DNA of 35,940 nucleotides from Parvularia atlantis. Taxonomy: Eukaryota. A program made the translations under genes and the position numbers. The stretch spans positions 1 through 35,940 of the forward strand of contig CALSCO010000117.1 in assembly GCA_943704415.1 (NCBI GenBank), written 5' to 3'. Positions 23,722-34,588 of the stretch are shown here, piece by piece. How positions within the stretch are numbered: the stretch's first letter is position 1; every line of letters begins with the position of its first letter. The notes below the pieces were generated by a model, which saw nothing but the letters and a program-made list of their open reading frames with translations, ran no database searches and was not told where the DNA came from.

Positions 23722-25781
23722 ATGATGACAGACCGCTCAGTGCCGGGCGCGGCCGCGCAGCAGCAGCAGCGTCTTGCGCAGCAGCACCACCAGCAGCACC
23801 ACCGGCAGCACCACCAGCAGCACCACCAGCAGCACGACAGCAGCCAGCACGACAGCAGCCAGCACGACAGCAACCAGCAGCGCACACCGCGACGCTCGGC
23901 CGCCGCCGCCGCCGCCCTCGCCGTCACCCAGACGCTCACCAGCGGCGCGGCCTCCGCCAACGGCACGGCCGGCGGCGCGGCCAGCAGCACGGCCAGCGGC
24001 GCGAACGGCGGCGGCAGCGGCAGCAGCAGCAGCAGCAGCGGCCCGGCGCGGCTGCCTGTGCAGGACGGCGGCGACGTCGTGCGCTGCGTGTGCCGGCGGC
24101 AGAGTGCGCCGAGGCCGCTGCCGTATGCCGCCTGCTGACGCGCGCCGCGCCACCCCGCGCCGGCCACAGACGCCAAGGACACAGCGCTGGTGCAGTGCGA
24201 GCAGTGCGACGTGTGGCAGCACGTGCGCTGCGTCGGCCTCACCCCGGATGACGCCGCCCGCGTCGCCGCCTATTACTGCGAGCGCTGCCGCCCGGACCTG
24301 CACGACCGCGCTGGGTGCGCGCCCGCCCCGTGCTGCGCAGCCTCCCATGTCGCGCTCACTGCGCGCGCGGCAGCCACTTTGTGCAGCGCCAGCGCTCGCA
24401 GCCGAACGCGGCCCGGGTGCGCGCGTTTGATCGCCTGGCCGCTTCGCTGATGCTCCCAGGTGACGCAGCCCGCGCCCGCACCGCCCGCAGCAGCACCGGC
24501 CGCGGAGCCCGCTCCGGCTGCAGGAACAGGGAGCGGTGTGGGGCCGCAGCCGGCCGCAGGACCGGGCGCAGGACGGCCCGCGCAGGCCGCGCCCAAGCGG
24601 CGCATGACCATGAACAGCCTCGTGACCGACATGGACGACCCGAACATGGTCAACTTCGTCCTCGGCGCGCCGCCCGCACTCGTCGCCGCGCTCGGGACCG
24701 CGCCCGACGCGCCAGCCGCCGTGAGCCCCGCGCCGACTAAGCGCGTCCGCACCGAGCTCGAGAAGCTGCTCGACGCCGGCCACGCCGCAGCCAAGCCGGA
24801 CAGCGGCGCCAACGGCACGTGGTCGCCGCTGCGGCGCACGCCGTCGTCCTCCGCCGCGGCCCCGGGCACAACTGCCGACGGCAGCGCACCGGGCGCGCGC
24901 AGCAAAGGCAGCAAGAACGCGTCGCCCCGTGGCTCGATTTCCGTGGCCCCCGCGCGCATCAAGCCCGACCCGGCCAGCGACGACGCTGCCGACGCGTCGT
25001 CCGAGCATGAGGTGCGCGACGTCGAGCAGCGCCCCAGCCCGGTCCTGGGCGCTGCAGACATCAAGGACGAACCGCTCGGGGCCGGACCGCAGCGACGCCG
25101 GTCTGCGCCCAAGGGCTCGCCGGCGCCGAGGGCAGGCAGGTGCGTTCATTGGCGACAACGTGCGCGTGTGTTGCTGACGTGCGATGTGGTCACGCCAGCG
25201 TCAAGAAGAGCAAGCTCGCGACAGCCGTGCCTTGCGCCGCGCCCGCACCGGACGACGCCGGCGCGCCTCCAAGCGATGATGCCAGCGAGGCCGCCACTGC
25301 CGCTGGCCGCGCGGACAACGAGCCTGCTGCCGCGCCGGCAGCATCAGAAGGCGCTACAACGGCCGAGCCAGGGCCCGCACCGAAGCCTGCCGCCGACGTG
25401 CAGCCGCGCCCGACGACACGCAACCGCAACCGCACGTTCCACCGCGACATGAGCCTGGCCGACATGCTGCAGCGCTCCAAGTTGATGCTCGCCTTTTTGT
25501 CGCGGTCGAAGCACGACCTCGTCGGGCAGCCCGTCGGCCACGTCAACAACGGCGACGATGACGACGACGACGGCATCGCCGCGCGCAGCCTGCAGATGAT
25601 CGCCGAGCTCGAGCGGGCCCTGCATCGGTTCCGCTCGATGTACGCGCCCAAGAAGCGCAAGCGGGACAACTCTGGCGACGACGCGTCCTCGAGCTCGTCC
25701 GCGCCGTCCTCGCCCGAGTCGTCATCGGCCGCCTCACCCGCGCCTGCCCCGGCACCGCTCTCGCGGGCGCGGGCGCCTTAG
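23722..25781 (+). CDS. PHD-finger protein, Cti6-like (Rpd3L/HDAC-associated)
   Basis: PHD: GDVVRCVC..|..LVQCEQCDVWQHVRCVG...YYCERCRPDLH. KRRMTMNS motif and C-terminal helix DMSLADMLQRSKLMLAFLSRSKHDL, both resembling fungal Cti6. Gln/His-rich N-terminus. Confidence 0.75.
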
Positions 25782-25843
25782 GCGGAGGGGAGGCGCGCGG
25801 GGCGTGACGCACATATTGTACACCGATTTTTTGTGCTCGTTTA

Positions 25844-26035
25844 GGCCCACCCCTGAGAACACACTACCCGCATCGGGCTCTCTCTATACCTCTGAAACAC
25901 GGTGCGTTTTTGTGTGTGTGCATGGCTCGCAGTTTGCTGACTCGAACGACTGTTGACTCGTTGTGAAATGAACGTTGAATGGTCGTTCAGTGTTGTTTTC
26001 TCTTCAATCCGGACACGCGGTTGTGCAATGCGTGT
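25844..26035 (-). ncRNA. Candidate omega-RNA scaffold of the Fanzor1-like element
   Basis: Lies over and 3' of the ORF end, where omega-RNAs occur. Inverted repeats at 26013-26035, 25969-25989, 25895-25909 and 25867-25877. Confidence 0.35.
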
Positions 26036-26388
26036 TCCTTGCCGCAAAAAACTCGAGGCCGGCCATGTGCGCCTTGAAGAGCGTGCCGATGTTGCGCGCA
26101 CCGTTGACGTCGCGGTTCCACGTCCAATGACAGACACTTTTGCAATGCTTGGAAGCCACGGACTTTAACCACGACGCGAGGACGCCGAGGCGGGCGTTGG
26201 CGTCGACCTGCCGCACGAACTCAGCAAGAAGGCGGTCGGTGCCTGCCATGGTGTGAACGAGTGTTCGGTGAACTTGAAGCGACGAGCGGCCTTCTCCAGC
26301 GCCTGGTGCACACACATTACGACGGTCAAGTGCTTGGTCTCGTAGTCGCCGGCGTCGTCATTGCCCCCCGTTGGCGCTTCGGCGGCAT
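26004..26388 (-). pseudogene. Fanzor1-like nuclease relic: N-terminus fused to the C-terminal Zn-finger/RuvC-III segment, with frameshifts
   Basis: Three frames give MPPKRQR / GGNDDAGDYETKHLTVVMCVHQAL / DRLLAEFVRQVDANARLGVLASWL...KHCKSVCHWTWNRDVNGARNIGTLF. WNRDVNGARNI lies at 26088-26120. RuvC-I and RuvC-II are absent. Confidence 0.72.
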
Positions 26389-26538
26389 GGAGTGTGAGGA
26401 AGGAGCAAACTGAATGGGAATAGAATCCGTGTCTTACAGGTAGGTAGTAGGTACAGTAAACGTAAAAACCATTCGGCACACCGGGGTATCAGAATGCGCA
26501 CTCGAAGGTGGCGATGGCGGGTGGCGGGGTGGCGGGGC

Positions 26539-29500
26539 TCATGCACGCTTGGCGAGCCCAAGGAGGTCGCGCCCGTGGTTCGTGGATGCTAGGGTTGCGT
26601 TGATGTCGACCGTCTGGCCGGGCGGGATCGGCGTAGGCGACGACGGCGTGACGCAGTCGAGCGTGACCTCCTTGCGCAGCACCGTGTCGATGTCCACGCC
26701 GCTGAAGAACGCGACCGACTGCGGCGCACGAGCGCACGTGTCAGCGGCAGCAGCAGCCTTGCCACTACTCTACCTGCGGCAGGTCGGGGATGCCGAGGCG
26801 CGCGGCAAACATCGCGCGGGTGAGTAGGTTGCTGATCTGCAGGGCCAGGGCCACCAGCGGCGCGTCTTCCTCGCGGCACAGGTAGCGTACCTCGTCGTGG
26901 ATCGAAATCGAGAAGCGCGCGCGGTTCTGCGTTGCAATCAGCGGCGTGTCGGCGCAGGCAGCGTGCCGCTCACACCTCCAGCCCGTGTTCGTGCAAGAGC
27001 CACTTCATCGACACGAGCAGCATGTGCAGGTAGTCCACGCCGGACGACTGCACCACCCAGTTAATGCGGCTGGTCATGTACTGAGCGCGTGCGCGCGGCA
27101 GGCGTGTGAGCGACTGTGAGCGCGCGCCTTTGCGCGCACCTCGGTCTTCACCGTCGACGGCTTGAGCGCGTCGCTGATGGCGCAGCCGAGCGCGGGTGTG
27201 CGCGGGTCGCTGGACAGCGCAATCTCCTGCAGCGCACGCCCAACGTCAGGGCCCCTTCGTGTGAGCAGGCGCGAGCGGACCTCCAGCTTGTTGAACATGA
27301 ACGACTCGGACCCGCCCTGCCACACCGCGCGCACGTCCGACGGCCGGTTGCGCCTACGAAACGGTGGTCAGCGCGGGTCAGGCGGCGGTGCGCACGCGTG
27401 CCGCCTCACCGCTTTGAGGCGTTCAGCTTCTGGTAGTACTCGTCGGCATCGATCGAAAGCCCGTCGCTGCTGACGAAGCGGCGCACGCCTGGGTGGCACT
27501 CGGCCTCAAATGCGCGCAGTAGACTCGTGCGCGCACACACCCTTGGTCGAGCGGTACAGTGCCTGCGCGCGCTCCTTGGCCACGGCCTCGTCCACGGCCT
27601 TGTTGAACTGGCGCAGGAGTTGCGCGGCGTAGTTCTCACCCGCGCCGTAGATGCGCCTGGCGTCGCGTCGCGAGTCATGCACGACCGCGGTGTCCAGGCG
27701 GCACACGCGCACCCGTAGTTGAACACCTTTGCGTGGTCGCGCGAGATGCCGAGAATCTGTGCCGACTTGGAGTGCAGATCGGTGCCGTCCGACTTGCGGC
27801 CCTGAAGCGTCATCCACCCGAATGCTGAACCCCCGCGGTCAGCGCGCCGCCGCGACCGCGTGCGAGCACGCACGCGTCGCGCCGTGACAGCCAAAGATGC
27901 TGTCCCCGATCAGCGCCGAGATCCACAGCTCCTGGCTGCACGCGTGCAGCAGCAACGGTCAGCACATGCACGATCGAGCCAGAGGCATCACCGACACCTG
28001 TCCACGTCCGCGCCGACAAAGCGCCAGCCGGGTGGCGCGGTGACCTAGGCCGGGCGCGGCGTCAGTACTCGCGGGAAAGCGACGCATGCGCGCACCATCG
28101 CCTTGAGCTCCGAGCCAAGCAGCTTGCGCTTTGGGTTTGACGCGGTCATCCACGTCGCCTCGACCGCGCGCCGCGTGACGGTGCCGGCGGCGATAACGAG
28201 CGGGACGATCGCGCCGAGGCGTTCGCTGGCCGTGCGGGGCGTGCACAAAAAGGTGAGCAGTGCGCGCACGCGGGGCGCACGGCGCGGTCGCACCCTGTGA
28301 CGCTGTCCGTGCCCGTCCACACCACAAACTGGTCCTTGACGCGGTTGCGGCACGAGATCCAGTAGCCGCACGACATGTTGAGGTCGAGGGCGTGCCGGGC
28401 CTCCTGTGCGAGGCGTCATTGTCCGCCAGCGCGCGGTTGGCAGCAACGCGCCTCATACTCGGACGTCAGGACGCCGGTCTGGATCGCGTTGAGGTAGTCC
28501 TTGGCGAGCGGGTTGCCTGCGACGCGGCGGCGGCGTTCACGGTCAGCGTCACAGACAGGGCAAGCGGGACGCGCACCGCAGGGCGCTTCCGGGCCGTCTT
28601 TATGCGGGATCGGGTAGAATAGCACCTCCGCCGCGCCTGCATCGTCCGCGCCCTCTGGCAGCAGCAACGCAAGCGGCGTGCCCTTGAGCGACCCCTGCGA
28701 TGCCTCCTCGCTCCTGCGTGTGCGCGCCCGCCTCAGCTCTGGCGAGCCAGCCGAGCCACCGCACTTGGGCACGATGTAGCCCCAGCGACCGTCGCAGAAC
28801 CGCAGCGGGTACTTGCCCTGATCGCACGCACAGGCGTGAGCAGGTGTGCTGCGTCGCTTCACGCGCGTCTGCACCTGCCACTGCAGCTTGAGCAGGTACG
28901 GCGTCACGCGCGTCCGCGTCGTCATGTGCGGCTCGGCGCTGCCTGACGGGCAGAGGTCTGCGGGGAGCAATGAGCTCGGCGCTGCACAGCACCGACTGGC
29001 ACACCCTTAAACCACTCCGGGTAGCCTGGCAGGCGCTGTTTGGCCACCGGACGCGGCTCACCGCCCTTTGCGTACGACCCGTCCTTGCGGTACTTTGGCT
29101 GCCGCGCGCACGCGACGTCGTCAGGCATACGGCGACAACGGAACGCGCACGCACGGGCACCTTGGTGAACTTCTGCGGCTGCACGGTCCAGTCCAGCTGG
29201 CTGAGCCACGGGTCGTTCTGACGCGCAGCGTTGTGGGCACTTCGCGTGCAAGCGGAAGCGGAAGCGCAGGAGCACCTTGTGTGCGCCGTCCTTGCCTGCC
29301 TCGAGCGCACGCATGGCCAGCTCGCGCAGGCGCGTCTCGAGGCTTTCGCGCATGGCGACATATGTGGCCTCGGCACGGTCAATGTAGCTGGCAGCGACGC
29401 GCGTGAGCACAGCGAGAAAGCGACGCGGGCGCAGGCGCAGCAGCACCGGTTCCAGCCCTCGTTCACTGGCAGGAAGCAGCTGCCCATCTCGAGCATGCCC

Positions 29501-31200
29501 GCAAAGCTGACCGGGTGCGGGCACTTTTCGAAGAAGCGCACAATGAGCGCGCGCAAAACCTGCCGGCGCGCGTGCAGGCGTTCAAGCGTTCAGGCAGGAT
29601 GCGTGCATGCGCACCTCGTGTGTTGCGGCGACGTCGGTCGCGCAGTACGTGACAAGCTCCTGGAACTGCACTCGGACGTCGTCGATCGTGCCGTCAACAA
29701 AGACGTTGCGCTTGCTCTTGTCGAGTGTGAGGCGACTGAAGCGTCCGCAGTGGAACTTGTGCACCTCAAGCAGGCTGTGTGTGCGAGCCGCGATGGCACA
29801 TGAGCGGCTGCTTCTGGCGGCCTATGTGCGCGCACCTGTTGGCCGAGCCAGCGCCAAGCCAGCTCGAGCGCCCAGTCGCAGCGTCCACATCGCCGTCCGC
29901 GCCGTCGGCGTTGTCGTCGTCAAAGTCCGCGCCCGAGCCGATGTCGCGGAACGGGTCCATGTGGCTGTCTGGTGCTGCGGCGGTGAGCGGGTCGTCCTCG
30001 GCGGCATTGGCGCTGGCGACTGCGGCGGCCTCGGCGGCCTTGAGTCTGCTTGCGGCCTTTTGCTCGCGCAGCCGCATGACCTTGGACCAGATGCCGCGCT
30101 GCTGGCTGCACGCGCGTGCGCGCGTGACTGCGTCAGCGCAAGGAGCTGGCGCCCGCAACAGCTGCGTACCTCGTGAAGCCGGCCACGGCCATGTGCAGCG
30201 ACATGGTGTCGACGAAGCGCGTGCGCGAGCCGAGCAGGTCGTACTCCTGGCGTACGCGCGCGCGGTCGTAGCTGACGTTGTGGCCGACGATGACGCGCTC
30301 GCAGTCGCAGGGCATGTCCATCAGCTGCGCGCCGAGCAGGCCGTGTCGGCTGTGCGTGCCGCAGTTCAAGCCAGCACACCTCGGGTTCGGCGTTGTGGTC
30401 AAAGAGCGCGCGGCTGGTCCACGAGTACCACGCGTCGCGTGAGACGGCCGTGGCGAGGGTCGGGTGCTTGCCGGCGGCGACGCAGACCTCGACGTCGAGC
30501 ACGAGACCGTCCTCGGTCGGTGCCTGCGACGGATGAGTGAGGCGACGAGCGGGCGGGCAAGCAGGCGGGCGGGCGGGCGCACAGCGACGGGCACGCCGGC
30601 GGGATTGGCGGCGTCGTAGCGGATCCAGCCGGGCGGCTCGGCGCGCCAGACGGCGGGGCGGGGTGGGAGAGCGGCAACGCGTGCGAGGTCGAGGGTGATG
30701 GTACGGTAGGGCTCGGCGAGGCGTGCGCCGATAGCGCGGAAGTGCTGCTGGACGTCTGCCGTTGCTGTGCTTGCGGTGCTGGGCGTGCTGGGTGAGGTGA
30801 GTAAGGTGGCTGTGCTGGGAGTGGTGGATGCGCTGCCGCCTCCCCTGGCGTTGTTGCCCGCCTTGGCGCCGTCGCCCATCTTGGCGTCGTTGCCCGCGCG
30901 CAGCAGCGGCGGCAGGGCCAGGACGATCGGCTCAGCGCGGTCCGTCGGCTTATCCCAGAGGCCGTGCGCGCGCAGGGCGGTCTCGGACGCGGCGCGCAGC
31001 GGCGGCGCCATCGACCGCGCCGGCGCCCGCCCAAACAGCTGGCGCCGCAGCGGGCCGGCGAGCATCTGAATGCCGACGTCGTTGACCCGCAGCAGCGCAT
31101 CGTCCGCACTGCTGGTGGTGGTGGTGGTGGTGGTGCCCGCAGCGGACGGCGCCGGCGTCGCCGAGGCCGTGCCCAGCCCGCGCCGCATCAGACGCCGCAT
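26539..31200 (-). CDS. POLG: Mitochondrial DNA polymerase gamma catalytic subunit (POLG/MIP1); ~24 introns
   Basis: Arg-rich presequence [10 protein letters not shown], then [10 protein letters not shown]. Exo[10 protein letters not shown], Exo[14 protein letters not shown], Exo[33 protein letters not shown]. PolA FVGADVDSQELW, Pol[36 protein letters not shown], Pol[10 protein letters not shown], then [11 protein letters not shown]. Stop at 26539. Confidence 0.97.
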
Positions 31201-31314
31201 CCTCAATGACACACGCGTAACTCGTAAACTGAATGAGATTATGTACATCATGGCCGTGATGCGCAACTGATGGGACTCGACGTGCTCAGCACCTGGCACA
31301 AAACACAACAGGGC

Positions 31315-34300
31315 TCAGTCTGTCCCCCGCCCGCGCGCACCGCCAGACACCACGCCCCGCGCCGCCAGCGCCTGCCGCACAAACAGCACCACCAGCACCA
31401 CCAGCAGCCCATAGACCAGCACTGCAAACACCGCGAACCCGGCGTGGTGCTCGACCACGATGCCCTCGATCCTGTCGCCGCCCAAAGCCACCGTCAGCGT
31501 CCGCTCTCTCAGCCCTTTCAGACGCGCGCACCGGTTGCGCATCACCAGCAGGATGTCCGTGTCCCCGTCCCCGTCGATGTCCGCGAAGACCGGGTTGTGC
31601 ACCGCCGCCCCCGACAGCGGCAGCGTCGCCAGCGTCGCGCCCAGCGTGCTCAGCAGGACGAGGTGGCCCCAGCCGAGCGCCGCGATCATGATCGACTGGG
31701 CCTTGCGCCGCCGTCAGCACACAGCAACAGCGCGCAGCGAAGGGCAGCCCACGCGTACCGTCACCGGCGCGTACGTCTTCGTGCTCATCAAGCTCAGCGA
31801 CGCCCGGAAGGCCGAGGGCGACGACGTGTCCATCGACCACACGGCCGCCTCAGGCGACGAGCTGCGCAGGCCCAGCGCCAGCCCCGACGCGCGCTCGGCA
31901 GCCGTCACCCACCACGCCGGTGTCTCGACGTGCCAGTTGACCGCGCCGGTGGGGCTGTAGGACGTGGCCTTGCCGTCGCTGACGAGGAAGACCGTGTCAA
32001 ACAGCACCTGGCCACTCGAGCTGACGCTGTGCGCCCGGACGCGTCAGGTCTAAAGCGCACGCCCGCGCAAAGCAGCGCACGCACTGCGGCACGGCGAGCG
32101 GCGCCACGGCCTCGAGGTTGCGGTCGTGCACGCTGCGCGCCTGCCCGTACGATGCGCCCTTGGTCTCGACGAAGCGTGACGTCTGGCTGAAGAGGTCGTC
32201 GAGCACACCGCTGCCGTCGCACAGCGAGCCGTTGAACAGCGGCTCGAGCGGCGGCACACCAGACCGCGCGAGCACGTAGCACGAGCTCCCGCGCGGCACC
32301 GATCCGCGCGCACGGAACACTGCCGTCGGCGAAGCGCGTCAGCCAACTGTGCAACTGCGAGCACGCACAAGACGGGCCGCACCGCGGTCGTCCGTCTCAC
32401 CGACGTAGGCCGCGACGTAGTCGAGCACGCCGTCCGCGTTCACGTCCGCAAACAGCGCCGTCTCGCCGTGCGCGCCGCCGCCGAGGCGCACGCGGCACAG
32501 CGGCTGGCCCGATGCGAGCTGCAATACCTCGACCGCGTCGTGCAGGTGCGCCACGATGACGTTGAAGTCGCCAGCATCGACGTGCCGCGCGGCCGAGTCC
32601 GGAAACAGCGTCTCCTGCAGCAGCTCGAGACCGCCCTGGAACCCGAGCGCTGCTCGCACGGCGCGTGAGCTTTGTGCGAGCGCGTTTCGACGAGCAGCAC
32701 GCACTCTGCGCGACGACGTACTGCTGCTGCTGTTGCTGCACGCGGCGGTCGTCGATGAGGCGCGGCAGCGGTTGCCGCTTGTTGGCGCCAGCGCTCGCCG
32801 CGGCGGCCGAGCGTGTCGCGGTGGGCCCTGCCGCGTCGCCGCGCGCGCGCGACAGGTCCTCGTGCCGCTCTCGCGCGCCGCGACCCGGCCCACCCTGGCC
32901 GCCCACGCGCCGGTTCTTCTCAAAGTGCGCGAGGTGGATGTGCGTGTCGTCGCTGGTCGACCAGCGGTGCGGCATGGCCCACTTCAGCATCGCCGAGCGG
33001 TACTGGCGCCAGTCCTCCTCGCCGCGGTGCTTGAGCTGCACGCGCGCGTCCGCCTTGAAGTGGTCTGACAGGTACTCGCGCTGTCGTTTGTGCCTGCGTC
33101 AGCACGAGCAGCAGCCTCGTTGGCGCGCACCTGCTCCCGCGGTCCGCTGGTCGCGTCCAGAAAGTCGCCCTCCTCGTGCTTCCACACGAGGTCGCCCGTG
33201 CGCCCGTCCAGGCCATAGTACGAAAAGTGGCCCTCGCCGAACGCGAGCGAGCCGTCGTCGTCGTCGTCGACCATGCCGCCGTCGCCGTCGTCGTGGCGCC
33301 GCTCGCCGGCAAAGGCCGACTTGGTCGAGCTGCGCACGCTCGCGTGTCAGCTGGCACGCGCGAGAGCCCTCTGCAGCCGTACGCACCCAAACTCGCGCCC
33401 GCGCTGCCCGCCCTCGGTGGCGACGCGCACGCCGATGACGACCAGGCCGCCCTCAAACTGCGCGTTGGCCGGCGCGATGACGATCGACGACTCCCTGGGC
33501 TGCACGTCAGCGCGGCTACACTCACACGCGCGCGGCGCACATGATGTAGTAGCCCGCGGGCAGGTTGCGCTGCAGGACGTGCTCCCAGCGCAGGCGCAGG
33601 TCGGCCGAGTAGCAGAGCACGGCCATGCCCTTTGTCAGCACGACCACGGCCTCGCTTTCGTCCGCACGCAGCGCGCCGACCTCGAGCGCGGTGGCCTGGC
33701 CGAGGCGCCTGATGGCGGCGGAGGACGCGAGCGAGACGGTGTGCTGCGCCGCCACGTCAGACGCCAAGCGCGCATTAAGGCGCAGCACGCACCCTCTCCT
33801 GCAGCTGCCCGGTCGCGGCTGCGCTCGGCTGCGCGCTGTAGTGGTACACGCGCAACGCGGGCTCGTACGTGGCGACGACGATGTCTGTCGTAGGAGCGTG
33901 AGCGCGGCGCGCTGATTGTGGGGCGTGCGCACCGGGCACGCCGTCGAGGTCCAGGTCGGACACGCGTGGCGGCGGCCTGCCGAGCGTAGCACGGGTGTGA
34001 GCGACTGGTTTAACGGCACGGCGTGGGCACAGGCGACGCACAGGCGCTCGGCGGGCGAGGCAGGGAAGTGCCCGTTGACGAAGACGTCGGTGAAGGCCTC
34101 GGCAGCGGCCGCGCGCGCGTCCGTCTCGCCGATGGGCCCCTTGCGCGTGTGCGTGGCGTCACCTGCCGTAGCTGCTGCCGCTGCTGCCGCCGCCGCCGCC
34201 GCCGCGGTCGTGGTCGCCGGGCCTGCCGCGCCGAGCGGTAGGACGAAGGCCGAGTGCAGCGTGACGGCGCCCTCGATGCGGAAGGTTGCAGCGACGGCAA

Positions 34301-34403
34301 GGACACACAGCACGAGCACGCCGATGTCGCGCAGGCGCAGCCGGGCCGCTGCGCCCGCTGCGCCGCTCGATGTCGGCGACGAGGCGACGGCGCCTCGGTA
34401 CAT
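31315..34403 (-). CDS. FG-GAP repeat membrane protein similar to plant At3g51050/NERD1
   Basis: N-terminal RLRDIGVLVLCVLAVAATFRIEG signal anchor. DLDLDG, GHFSYYGLDGRTGDLVWKH, WRQYRSAMLKWAMPHRW, ADVNADGVLD, FADIDGDGDTDILL. C-terminal TM FAVFAVLVYGLLVVLVVLFV, then ...RGTD*. Confidence 0.8.
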
Positions 34404-34588
34404 CCGGAGGGATCAGCGGCGTGTCACGCTTCCCGCCACGCTGGAAATGGCGTGGCCACAGTGAGGGTGCTTTACTTGGCGAAAGAAGCAGTCTTCGTCT
34501 CTCAGCGGCGTGTTGCTCACAGGACGCCCGCACGCCGCACGCCGCACGCAGCACGCAGCACGCAGCACACAGCACACAGCACACAGCA
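34404..34588. promoter_or_regulatory. Probable bidirectional promoter with a 7-bp GCAC(G/A)CA tandem repeat (~34530-34588)
   Basis: 185 bp between divergent ATGs at 34403(-) and 34589(+). The repeat is read directly; promoter function is inferred. Confidence 0.45.

Larger units (their letters stand above)
25844..26486 (-). mobile_element. Non-autonomous, internally deleted Fanzor1-like (eukaryotic TnpB) element; boundaries tentative
   Basis: Lower-GC, intron-less island between the 3' ends of the Cti6-like gene and POLG. Contains HCKSVCHWTWNRDVNGARNI (zinc-finger half plus RuvC-III). TA dinucleotides at 25842-25843 and 26487-26488 are only candidate ends. Confidence 0.6.

Noticed and set aside
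25844..26486. Terminal inverted repeats for the Fanzor1-like element
   Set aside because: The candidate ends (GGCCCACCCCTGAG versus CCCCGGTGTGCCG) do not match, so no transposon superfamily is assigned.
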